This document shows, piece after piece, positions 35,811 through 44,665 of a stretch of DNA of 44,665 nucleotides; the stretch's first letter is position 1; every line of letters begins with the position of its first letter. Under the pieces are notes generated by a model that was not told the DNA's origin, did not search any database, and saw nothing but the letters and a program-made list of their open reading frames with translations. A program made the translations under genes and the position numbers. Source of the stretch: Candidatus Pacearchaeota archaeon (lineage in GTDB: Archaea; Nanobdellota; Nanobdellia; Pacearchaeales; GW2011-AR1); the NCBI GenBank assembly GCA_016866975.1, contig VGKP01000006.1:1-44665 (forward strand), written 5' to 3'.

Positions 35811-36851
35811 ATGCAGATTAATGAGAAAGACATAAAGAAATTTACAATTATCTTCCTTATACTCTTACTTGTAGTTCTAGTGTATTTAGTTGTAAAACCT
35901 ATATTGTTCTCAATTTTTGCCGGTCTAATATTAGGATATATTCTTCTCCCAATCTATAGAAAAATGGTCAGGGTCATAAGAAATAAAGATTTAGTGTCTG
36001 GTACAATAGTGACTTTGGTGGTGATAATAATCGCAGTTCCATTCTGGCTTATTCTCCCGATAGTTATAGACCAAGTGTTCCAGCTTTTCAGGACTTTACA
36101 AGACTTGGATGTACAGCAAGCAGTGAGGGGCTTATTCCCAAACGCTTCTGAGCAATTTACAATACAATCCTCTCTGATCCTCAAGGATTTCTTCTCTAAA
36201 ATAACAAGTCTTATATTGTCTTCAGCAGTAAACCTATCGTTAGATTTACCAAATATCCTTCTTCATACATTTCTGATACTTTTCATACTATATTTCACCT
36301 TGAGAGATGCAGAAGAACTTAAGGAATTCTTGTCTAAGATATCTCCTCTCAGTATTGCAAGGCAAAAAGCTATGACAAAGCATTTCAAAGAGATAACCGA
36401 TTCTATATTATATGGTCAGGTGATAGGGGGTGTTGTCCAAGGAATATTTGCAGGAATTGGTATCTTTGCAGTGGGAATTCCTGGCGCCCTCACAATCACT
36501 TTGATAACTATAATACTCTGTATAATACCATTCTTAGGCGCGTTTATAGTTTGGGTGCCTATAATGATATACCTTTTTGCTACTGGACAAGCTACCGTGG
36601 GTTTATTGTTCTTATTATATAATCTGATAGTGGTCTCAAATGTAGATAATATAGTAAGGTCTTATATTGTAGCAAAGAGAACAAATGTGTCCCAACCAAT
36701 AATATTTATAGGCATGATCGGAGGGCTGCTTGTTTTTGATCTTGCTGGATTGATAATTGGTCCTTTGGTGCTTGTATACTTTATTGCTCTGCTCAATTCT
36801 TACAAGGACAAGACCCTATATAGTTTCTTTTCAGATGAAAACGGAGAATAG
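35811..36851 (+). CDS. AI-2E family transporter
   Basis: Multi-pass; IPFLGAFIVWVP, VDNIVR, IGMIGGL, LIIGP. Confidence 0.9.
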   Translation: MQINEKDIKKFTIIFLILLLVVLVYLVVKPILFSIFAGLILGYILLPIYRKMVRVIRNKDLVSGTIVTLVVIIIAVPFWLILPIVIDQVFQLFRTLQDLDVQQAVRGLFPNASEQFTIQSSLILKDFFSKITSLILSSAVNLSLDLPNILLHTFLILFILYFTLRDAEELKEFLSKISPLSIARQKAMTKHFKEITDSILYGQVIGGVVQGIFAGIGIFAVGIPGALTITLITIILCIIPFLGAFIVWVPIMIYLFATGQATVGLLFLLYNLIVVSNVDNIVRSYIVAKRTNVSQPIIFIGMIGGLLVFDLAGLIIGPLVLVYFIALLNSYKDKTLYSFFSDENGE

Positions 36852-38328
36852 TTTACAAAAGACGCTTAAGATAAAGAGGTTTATGATTGAGTCAGGTAGG
36901 CCAATAGTCTTCCTAAACGAGAAAACAGCTGAAGCTATGCAAATTTCGGCTGGCGACAGAGTAGTAGTGGTTTTTGAGGCTCACAAAAGAATGATTGCTA
37001 TGGTCGATCTGATGAATCAGGTCTCGCCATCCGAGATAGTTCTCTCCAAAGAATTCAGCGCATTTATTAATGGATCTGTCAAGAGAGTCACTGTTTACCC
37101 TGCTTCTTACCCTAAGAGTCTTCCATTGATAGTGAAGAAGATGCATGGCAAGGAGTTAGATAAATTAGAATTAAGGACGATTATAGAAGACATAACTCAA
37201 AATGCCCTTATGGAAGCAGAAGTCGCTTACTTCGTCTCAGCAGTTTACGAGGAAGGTATGACTTTCAAGGAGACTGTTAATTTGACTGACGCCATATCAA
37301 GTACTGGAGCAAGATTAAGTTGGGGCAAGAGAGATATAGCAGACAAGCATTCCATAGGAGGGATAGCAGGAAATAGAACGACACCTATAGTGGTCTCTAT
37401 TTGTGCTGCAGCTGGCATGACTATGCCAAAGACTTCTTCTAGAGCGATTACAAGTGCTGCTGGAACCGCAGATGTCATGGAGACCCTGACCAAGGTAGAT
37501 CTGACTAGTAGTGATCTTCAGAAAGTTGTCAAGAAGACAGGTGCTTGTCTGGCTTGGGGAGGATCGCTTGGATTGGCCCCGGCAGATGACAAACTTATCA
37601 GGGTAGAAAGATTGCTAAATATCGATCCAGAGGCACAGCTTATTGCTTCTATATTGGCTAAGAAAATCTCCGCAGGAAGCAAGCACATCTTAATAGACAT
37701 CCCTTACGGTTTTGGAGCAAAGGTCACAGAGAGTCAGGCCAAGGGGCTTGGGAAAAGATTTGTAGATATAGGGAGAAGATTTGGCCTCAATATAAAAATA
37801 ATGACTACTGATGGAAGCCAACCAATAGGCAACGGCATTGGTCCTAACTTGGAGATGCGCGACGTATTAAGCGTATTGAGGAGACATAACCCTCCTCTTG
37901 ATCTGGAGAAAAAAGCTATTTTGTTGGCAAGCACATTGCTCGAGATGACAGGCACTGCCCAAAAAGGAAATGGTCTTGTTATGGCAAAGAGCATTTTGGA
38001 TTCAGGGGCAGCATATAAGAAATTTGATGAGATAATAACTGCTCAAGGAAAAAAACACAATTCTCTTAAGACTGGAAGATTTGAGTATCATCTGACTGCC
38101 AAGTCTCCTGGGACAATAAAGTCTATAGATAACAAGAAAGTGAACCATGCAGCCAACTTGCTTGGATGTCCAGAAGAGAAGTCTGCAGGATTGTATCTTT
38201 ATAAGCACAAAAACGAAAAGTTCTCTATAGGGGATAGGATAGTCACATTCTACGCAGAATCTCAGTCAAAGCTAGAAGAAGCAAAAGATTTCTGGAAAGG
38301 AAGTCGCCCTATTGAGATTACCCACTAA
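36835..38328 (+). CDS. deoA: AMP phosphorylase / thymidine phosphorylase family
   Basis: DKHSIGGIAGN, KTSSRAITSAAGTAD, WGG...APADD, QPIGNGIGP; N-terminal extension typical of archaeal AMP phosphorylase. Confidence 0.92.
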   Translation: MKTENSLQKTLKIKRFMIESGRPIVFLNEKTAEAMQISAGDRVVVVFEAHKRMIAMVDLMNQVSPSEIVLSKEFSAFINGSVKRVTVYPASYPKSLPLIVKKMHGKELDKLELRTIIEDITQNALMEAEVAYFVSAVYEEGMTFKETVNLTDAISSTGARLSWGKRDIADKHSIGGIAGNRTTPIVVSICAAAGMTMPKTSSRAITSAAGTADVMETLTKVDLTSSDLQKVVKKTGACLAWGGSLGLAPADDKLIRVERLLNIDPEAQLIASILAKKISAGSKHILIDIPYGFGAKVTESQAKGLGKRFVDIGRRFGLNIKIMTTDGSQPIGNGIGPNLEMRDVLSVLRRHNPPLDLEKKAILLASTLLEMTGTAQKGNGLVMAKSILDSGAAYKKFDEIITAQGKKHNSLKTGRFEYHLTAKSPGTIKSIDNKKVNHAANLLGCPEEKSAGLYLYKHKNEKFSIGDRIVTFYAESQSKLEEAKDFWKGSRPIEITH

Positions 38329-38358
38329 ATTTAAATATAGGTAAGGACTTTTTTTTGA

Positions 38359-38631
38359 ATGCAGAAAAAAGAAGATTATATAGGGAGCATTTCTGAATAC
38401 ATAAAAAGAAATCTGAAGAAAGGCTATACAAAGGAATCTTTGAAATGGGCGCTGGTTAAACAAGGACACTCGCGTTTAGAGGTAGACAAGGCGATGGCCA
38501 AAGTAGATTCTGAATTGGCCAACATGGCCCCCATACTCAAGACAAAACCCGAAATAACTTTGGAAGTTATAGAACCCCAAGGTGCAATAGTTAAAAAAAA
38601 ATCCCTATGGGCTAAATTACGGGGTAAGTGA
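38359..38631 (+). CDS. Small helical hypothetical protein
   Basis: YIKRNLKKGYTKESLKWAL; TATA at 38330, 29 nt before the ATG. Confidence 0.7.
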   Translation: MQKKEDYIGSISEYIKRNLKKGYTKESLKWALVKQGHSRLEVDKAMAKVDSELANMAPILKTKPEITLEVIEPQGAIVKKKSLWAKLRGK

Positions 38632-38680
38632 TTAGGGTAATGTTTTAATATTTGCATTTCTATGATCAAGAGTAAAAAAG

Positions 38681-40855
38681 ATGAAGAAAGTCCAAATAAC
38701 GCTGGTAGACATAGATGATCAAGACTCTTTCAAAGTAGAACAGAGTCTTAATCAGCTGTCAGGGGTAAGGAATGTAGCTGTCAATATGGCCACAAAGACG
38801 GTAACTGCAGACTGTGAAGATTACATAGCAGAAGATCAGTTGATATCTACTATCCGTCAGACTGGATTTCAAGTTTCAGATATATTTTTCGAGAATTCTT
38901 CATCTGAAACAGTTATTGATGACGAAAATTATTTCAAGGTAAAACAGGAAGGAAAGGATACAGATCTTCTTGATAGTGTAGTCTGGGCATGGGTTTTCGC
39001 AATACCTCTAATAGGAATTCTGATCTCTCAGCTTATCTTCCAGGAGGGGGTAAGCTTCACGATGCAGGCAATAGTCTTACTTATAAGCCTGCCTATTGTC
39101 TTGGTCATGGGATGGAAACCAATCAGCTCTGGTGCACAGAGCTTTCATTCAATGAGCTTTGACTCAAATTCGCTTATTTTTTTAAGTGCATCAGTCGGAA
39201 TCTTCACAGGGGTATTGAGCCTATTTATAAGTATAACAAATTATTCAGGAATCGCCGGAGTGATGATGGCTATATTTTTGACAGGGAAGTATTTAGAGGA
39301 GAAAGTCAGGAATGAAGTTGGCAGAGATATAAGACGTTTCAATCGTTTGATACCAGATACGGCTATAATAATCATCCAAGGGAAGGAATTTAGAGTGCCT
39401 CTCTCAGAGATTCAGGTAGGAGATATCATGGTTCTTCTACCAGGAGATCACATAGCCGCAGACGGATTGATTACAAAGGGATCTGGCAAGGTTGATGAAA
39501 GTCTTCTAACTTCTGAAGACCATCTTATCGATAAGGCGCAGGGAGATAGTATTCTTGCCGGAAGCGTTATAAATTCAGGTCGGTTTCTCATAGAAGTCAC
39601 AAAGATTGGGAAGGATACATATCTTTCAAGAGCACTAGGTGTTGTAGAAGGTACTCAGAACTCAAAGAGATCTATTCAAAGAATGCTCAATTCTGTTGCT
39701 AAATACATGGTGCCTTCAATGATTGTACTCTCAGTATTAACCTTTGTTTCCTGGTTGATATTTACGCAAAATTTTAACGCTTCTCTAAATTATGCCTTAG
39801 CAGTACTTATCATAACCTGTCCTTCATCATTAGGTCTTGCTGTGCCAGCAGTTCTTTTTGTTGGGTCAGGCATGGCGGCAAGAAAAGGAATACTTATAAG
39901 AAATGGGGAATCATTCCAGATAATTAAAGAAGCGAAGACTATAATATTTGATATCCCTGGGACTCTGACAAAAGGTACACCAGATATTTCCTATATAACC
40001 AGCGTTATTAAAGAGAAAAATCTTTTAGAGATTGCAGCAAGTATGATGAGGCAATATGATACTGAACTGGCAAATTCCTTGCTTAGGCGTGCAGGATTGA
40101 AAAGATTCAAACAGGTTGAAAATACTATCTCAACTCCCGGGAAGGGCATTGAGGGGAATATAGACGGGAAGAAAATAGTCGCGGGGAATAAATCTTTTTT
40201 TGCAGAAAAGTCTATTTCAATTAAGGGCATGGGCAAATACATCCAAGAATATGAGGACGGGGGCAAGAAAGTTTTACTTATTTCCATTAGCGGCAAGGTA
40301 GTAGGGGCTATTGCTGTATCAGATGAGCTCAAGGAAGATTCGCAAAGTACAGTTATCAGGCTTCAGAAAATGAATTATAAAGTCATGATACTAGTCTCAG
40401 ACAATGAAAGAGCAGGCAAGGCCCTTGCAAAAAGGCTAGGCAATCCTGAAGTGCTTATAGCAAGGACTCCAGAAGAAATATCAAAAAAAATAAGCCATCT
40501 GCAAGAATTTGGAAGGGTTGCATTCATATCTGGTCCGAATAGAAATGGGAGGGCAATTAAACAAAGTAATGTAGGTATAGTGATTGGAAAAGAAGACGAT
40601 TTGGGCAATGGCACAGAAGATATATTGATAACAAAGACTCCTTCTGCAAGTATAATTGAGATTGCCCGGCTATCTAAAAAAGTTCATGACAAAGTTCAAC
40701 AGAACCTCTATTGGGCTATAGGTTACAATGTTCTTGCAGTTCCTCTTGCAGTCTTAGGCTATATGCACCCGATTTTTGCAGAAATGGCAATGTTAGCTTC
40801 AACCATAAGTATTTTTGCTAATGCAAATATTTTAAGGGCAGAAAGATTTTACTGA
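38681..40855 (+). CDS. P1B (CopA-like) ATPase homologue with degenerate catalytic motifs
   Basis: Full HMA-TM-A-P-N layout, but DKTGT is DIPGT, TGE is TSE, CPC is CPS, TGDN is VSDN, GDGIND is SGPNRN, and the HMA domain has no CxxC. Confidence 0.88.
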   Translation: MKKVQITLVDIDDQDSFKVEQSLNQLSGVRNVAVNMATKTVTADCEDYIAEDQLISTIRQTGFQVSDIFFENSSSETVIDDENYFKVKQEGKDTDLLDSVVWAWVFAIPLIGILISQLIFQEGVSFTMQAIVLLISLPIVLVMGWKPISSGAQSFHSMSFDSNSLIFLSASVGIFTGVLSLFISITNYSGIAGVMMAIFLTGKYLEEKVRNEVGRDIRRFNRLIPDTAIIIIQGKEFRVPLSEIQVGDIMVLLPGDHIAADGLITKGSGKVDESLLTSEDHLIDKAQGDSILAGSVINSGRFLIEVTKIGKDTYLSRALGVVEGTQNSKRSIQRMLNSVAKYMVPSMIVLSVLTFVSWLIFTQNFNASLNYALAVLIITCPSSLGLAVPAVLFVGSGMAARKGILIRNGESFQIIKEAKTIIFDIPGTLTKGTPDISYITSVIKEKNLLEIAASMMRQYDTELANSLLRRAGLKRFKQVENTISTPGKGIEGNIDGKKIVAGNKSFFAEKSISIKGMGKYIQEYEDGGKKVLLISISGKVVGAIAVSDELKEDSQSTVIRLQKMNYKVMILVSDNERAGKALAKRLGNPEVLIARTPEEISKKISHLQEFGRVAFISGPNRNGRAIKQSNVGIVIGKEDDLGNGTEDILITKTPSASIIEIARLSKKVHDKVQQNLYWAIGYNVLAVPLAVLGYMHPIFAEMAMLASTISIFANANILRAERFY

Positions 40856-40856
40856 A

Positions 40857-42068
40857 TTACTCATACCTCAATGCCGTCACAGTGTTTAACTTGCTTGCTC
40901 TCCATGCTGGGAAGACTCCAGAGACTGCTCCAATTAGAAAAGCAAAAGTCAGGCAGCCAATTATAAGTTCTATAGGTGCCGCAGCCTGTAGAAGGGTTGT
41001 ATTGAGTTTCTGTGTCGCTACATACTCTATACTCTTGGCAATTCCATATCCTAACAACATTCCAAATATTCCCCCTATAAATCCTAGCAGACCAGATTCT
41101 ATCAGGAAGATAAATAGTATATCGGAATTCTTAGCTCCAACAGCCTTCATGGTCCCAATCTCTTTTGTCCTCTCAAGTACAGAGGTATACATCGTTGTAG
41201 CAATTCCTATACCTCCAACTATAATAGATATTGCTGCGACTCCAAGAAGGAAAGACGTCAATATTCCCAATATGGTGTCAAATGTCGCAAGAAATTCCTC
41301 AGGGGTCAAAACTGTGAAATCTTGCGTCTTTTCAGTCTGACTTCTTGACGACCTAAGTTTTTTTTCTACTCCAGAGGCTACCTCTCTTAATTGAGAAGAA
41401 CTCTCAGCTTGGACTATTATCTGGTCTATTCTATCATCTGAATTGAATATTTCCTGGAAGTCTTCGAGAGGTATTAGGAGTATTCTATCATCCACTGGAT
41501 TACCTACTGGCCTCATGCTTGCCTTTACTTTGAAAGATACACCGTTTATTATTATACTGTCTCCTTCATGGACTTCTTCTGTAAAGACCAATGCTCTTGA
41601 GAAATGCGACCCCAATCCTACAAATCTTCTATCGCCTTCTCTCAACCATCTTCCTTCTTCTATTTTATATGCTCCACTTTCGATGAATACATCTCCTCTG
41701 TTTGTAGGCACGCCAATTATCTGCAAGTATCTTGTCTCTCCACCAAATTCTATTTTTGCATTTCCCGCAGCGACATATGATAAATCCTTCACTCCAGGCA
41801 CTTTATCAATGACTTTTATGTCTTCTAGAGTTAGTAGGTTTGACCCTCCACTTCCAGGGCCAGCAATTTGTGCTCTGGAAAAAATGAAGAATTTATCAGT
41901 GCCAAGTGCCCTAAACTGCTCAGTCACAGCAATCTGCAATCCCATCGACACACTGATAAGCACAAAGATAGTGGCGATTGCAATTATTATCCCGAGCATT
42001 GTCAATGAAGATCTTAGTCTGCGTTTCCATAATGTCTTTAATGCAATCTTAAAAAAAGATGACTTCAT
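40857..42068 (-). CDS. MacB/FtsX-family ABC permease
   Basis: RSSLTMLGIIIA, SVLERTKEIGTMKAVGA, PAWRASKL. Confidence 0.92.
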   Translation of the reverse strand: MKSSFFKIALKTLWKRRLRSSLTMLGIIIAIATIFVLISVSMGLQIAVTEQFRALGTDKFFIFSRAQIAGPGSGGSNLLTLEDIKVIDKVPGVKDLSYVAAGNAKIEFGGETRYLQIIGVPTNRGDVFIESGAYKIEEGRWLREGDRRFVGLGSHFSRALVFTEEVHEGDSIIINGVSFKVKASMRPVGNPVDDRILLIPLEDFQEIFNSDDRIDQIIVQAESSSQLREVASGVEKKLRSSRSQTEKTQDFTVLTPEEFLATFDTILGILTSFLLGVAAISIIVGGIGIATTMYTSVLERTKEIGTMKAVGAKNSDILFIFLIESGLLGFIGGIFGMLLGYGIAKSIEYVATQKLNTTLLQAAAPIELIIGCLTFAFLIGAVSGVFPAWRASKLNTVTALRYE

Positions 42069-43279
42069 GATCTCAAAGCCTCCACAGGGTGCATTCTAGA
42101 AGCTTTCCATGCAGGTATGCTGCCTGCAATTATACCTAATAGGAATGTGAATAATACTGCTCCTCCAATTAATGGCAATGAGAAAGAAGCTTGCAGCAGG
42201 TTAGTGCCCAGTGCTGAGTTTGCTCCAGCAGCGGCTGCATATGCAAACCCAATTCCCATTACTACTCCTATCGATCCCCCTATAAATCCTAACATACCAG
42301 ATTCTATTAAGAAGATAAATAATATATCGGAATTCTTAGCTCCAACAGCCTTCATGGTCCCAATCTCTTTCTTTCTCTCTAGAACTGAGGTGAACATGGT
42401 ATTGCTTACTCCAATAGATCCTATCAACAAAGCAATTGCGGCAATGCCTGCAACAACTATATTTATCACGGTAAGTATAGTATTTACTGAAGAAATGACT
42501 CCAGCAGGAGTTTGTATTGAAAAGTCTTCCTCGCCCTTTTTTAAATTTCTATCCTTCCTTAGTTTATTTTCAATTGACTCTTTTATTTCATCACTTCTTT
42601 CTATGTCATCAATACGTATTATAAGTATATCCATCTCATCACTCAATTCAAGTATATTCCTCATGTCTTCTTCAGGCATAAGCATTGCATTGTTAAATTG
42701 CATGTTTCCTGAAGGGGCAAGGATTCCTGCAACACTGAATTCTCTTCCTTGAATGGTCAATTTTGTTCCTGCATGTATATCTTTCCCGAATTGTCTTTCC
42801 TTGGCAAGTTCACTACCTAATAAAATCTCGCCTTTGTCAGAAGATTTCAATAGTTTGCCTTCCTTAGTCTTTATCTGGAAACTAGTATAAAAGAAATCAA
42901 TCCCTTCCTGTCTGTCAGGCAGAGAACCTGTAAAGATGAATTTTCTTTGACGATTGTAGTCTACACTTGTCACTCTTATCAATCTAGGAATAGTAGACTT
43001 GACACCACTTATCCCATCCACTACATTTTGATCATGTTCAGTCAATTTTCTTACAGCTGTGCTTCCTGGAGGGCCAAATCCTGCTTCAGCATTTGTAAGT
43101 ATCAATCTATCTGCGGCTATTCCAGAAAATTGTCCAGTAATTGCATTTTGCAGACCTTGACCTAAGGAAAGCAGTGCAATAACTGCAGTTATCCCTATTA
43201 TTATTCCGAGCAAAGTTAACCAAGATCTTACGCCTCTATGCCTTAGATTGCTCATTGCGAGCTTGAGCGTTTCCACCAT
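42065..43279 (-). CDS. MacB/FtsX-family ABC permease (tandem paralogue)
   Basis: RSWLTLLGIIIG, SVLERKKEIGTMKAVGA, PAWKASRM. Confidence 0.92.
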   Translation of the reverse strand: MVETLKLAMSNLRHRGVRSWLTLLGIIIGITAVIALLSLGQGLQNAITGQFSGIAADRLILTNAEAGFGPPGSTAVRKLTEHDQNVVDGISGVKSTIPRLIRVTSVDYNRQRKFIFTGSLPDRQEGIDFFYTSFQIKTKEGKLLKSSDKGEILLGSELAKERQFGKDIHAGTKLTIQGREFSVAGILAPSGNMQFNNAMLMPEEDMRNILELSDEMDILIIRIDDIERSDEIKESIENKLRKDRNLKKGEEDFSIQTPAGVISSVNTILTVINIVVAGIAAIALLIGSIGVSNTMFTSVLERKKEIGTMKAVGAKNSDILFIFLIESGMLGFIGGSIGVVMGIGFAYAAAAGANSALGTNLLQASFSLPLIGGAVLFTFLLGIIAGSIPAWKASRMHPVEALRS

Positions 43280-43281
43280 TA

Positions 43282-44130
43282 TTACTTCCTCAACGCCAAT
43301 TCCTTACTTTTTCTTAAACGCTGCCTCTTTCTTATGGCGCGCCAGATTATCCAAATTGCTATGAGAACAATTAATCCAAAAATAACTTGCACACTATTAT
43401 CCTTCTTAATTATTCCAAATTCAAGTGCTCTCTCCCTGGAATAAATTGTCAATGGTACATTCTCAGTCATACTCAGATCTTTATTGTTAAAATCCTTATA
43501 TGTCAAAACTACTGTAAGGCTTGGTCTTTCTCCAAAAAATAATGTATCAAATGAGACAGATTCGAAATCATCTGAGTTGATTGTCCCCACATAGATTTGA
43601 CTCTCCGATAAGATTGTCATTCTTTCTGGAATAGCTCTTAATGATACAAACCTTGCATCTGTAAGTCCAGAATTGACTATTCTTAAAGTTACTTTAGATC
43701 TCTCTCCAACGACGGGCTTCTCTATCTGAGTATTGAATGATAAAACACTGTTTCCAGTGATGCTCAAGCCTATTGTGCCTTTCTTTTGTGTAATATTCTT
43801 TCCATTTATCGTGTACGGCACCTTATAGTCTCCAGGCTCAGAATCTGGTGATGCTCGGATTTTGAATGATAGTACTTTTTCCCTATCTTCATTCAGCTTA
43901 TTGACGCTAGCTTCAGATCCTCCAATTGGGATAAATGGAAGTCCTGTGAAATCTAACGATACCGAAATATCTTCAACTGCCTTTGAACCTTCATTTTCTA
44001 ATATGATCGTGATTGTCCCTTCCTGTCCCGGTTGTATAGTAGGTGCAGTTATATCGCTTACCTGCAATGCAGACATCAATGGCGATACTAGCAGTATCAT
44101 CAATAAGCCCAATATAATAGTATATTTCAT
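43282..44130 (-). CDS. COG1361-like secreted Ig-fold protein with C-terminal TM
   Basis: Signal peptide, PGQEGTITIILENEG, PGDYKVP, IVNSG, YVGTINSDD, C-terminal anchor; TATA at 44159. Confidence 0.82.
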   Translation of the reverse strand: MKYTIILGLLMILLVSPLMSALQVSDITAPTIQPGQEGTITIILENEGSKAVEDISVSLDFTGLPFIPIGGSEASVNKLNEDREKVLSFKIRASPDSEPGDYKVPYTINGKNITQKKGTIGLSITGNSVLSFNTQIEKPVVGERSKVTLRIVNSGLTDARFVSLRAIPERMTILSESQIYVGTINSDDFESVSFDTLFFGERPSLTVVLTYKDFNNKDLSMTENVPLTIYSRERALEFGIIKKDNSVQVIFGLIVLIAIWIIWRAIRKRQRLRKSKELALRK

Positions 44131-44227
44131 AAAAATCCTCGAGCAACCTACTTTAAAAACCTTTTCTTAACTAAACTTTATAGTGACAACAGAAAAGATT
44201 AAATAGCCTTTCTTTAATTCTATTCTC

Positions 44228-44656
44228 ATGAAGGGCGAAAGACATTCCTATATTAAAAACGCTTGGGAAACTATAAAGGAGTTTGTATCCACAACTTCTG
44301 CAAAAATCACTTTCGGAGCGATACTTGTAGGGGCGATTACCACATTAGTCTCTTATAAATACGAAACACAGCGTTCTTCTTCTATTCCACTTGCTTTCTC
44401 AGAAGTGACTCAAATCGAAAAAGATGCGGCTTCTGTAGGAACGCATCTAGAAAATATTAATCGCTATCTTCCCAAAGTTAACGATTGTGCGATGAAAATA
44501 TTTGAAAGTTGGAATCTTGCCCATGGAGTAATGACTCAGGAAAAAGGAATAGGACCTGATTCTGCAAAAGAAATGATGAAAAATGTTAAGCAATATAGTA
44601 ATCTCTTTGGTAAATTCGAAGAGGGAAAAACTCCTGATAAATTGTATTGTTGTTAA
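44228..44656 (+). CDS. Membrane-anchored hypothetical protein (may be truncated)
   Basis: One TM near the N-terminus; ends 9 nt from the window edge. Confidence 0.55.
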   Translation: MKGERHSYIKNAWETIKEFVSTTSAKITFGAILVGAITTLVSYKYETQRSSSIPLAFSEVTQIEKDAASVGTHLENINRYLPKVNDCAMKIFESWNLAHGVMTQEKGIGPDSAKEMMKNVKQYSNLFGKFEEGKTPDKLYCC

Positions 44657-44665
44657 ATTTGTTTT

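Noticed and set aside
8252-44170. Other short antisense or nested ORFs inside well-supported genes
   Set aside because: No motifs, promoters or SD signals; expected by chance.

Overview
Fragment of a small, AT-rich archaeal genome, inferred to be DPANN and most like Pacearchaeales from the divergent 16S/23S, eS19/eL39/eL31, Hjc, class II LysRS and class III signal peptides. It opens with the 3' end of an IS200-type element, then an rRNA operon: 16S, tRNA-Ala, and a 23S interrupted by two group I introns, with no linked 5S. Next come RNase P RNA, tRNA-Phe, translation and RNA-modification genes, a 55-aa histone gene missed by the ORF track, a 10-kb surface-protein operon, cobO, AMP phosphorylase, an apparently inactive P1B ATPase and a MacB/FtsX operon. 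Main discoveries: (1) The L1923 intron carries a promoter-driven small two-TM membrane-protein gene instead of a homing endonuclease. (2) A diverged second copy of that cassette, still with intron-core flanks, lies about 300 nt downstream of the 23S. (3) That copy is interrupted by a roughly 120-nt structured mini-element that recurs at 34 kb and fits the IS200/IS605 guide/cleavage rule exactly. (4) The L2593 intron appears to end in A rather than G. (5) The peptidyl-transferase centre is unusually divergent. (6) A duplicated module pairs a pilin-like protein with a giant Cys-rich glycine-zipper protein, a candidate host-contact machine. (7) A full-length P1B ATPase has nearly all catalytic motifs degraded. 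All alignments and E. coli numbering were done by eye; no database searches were run.
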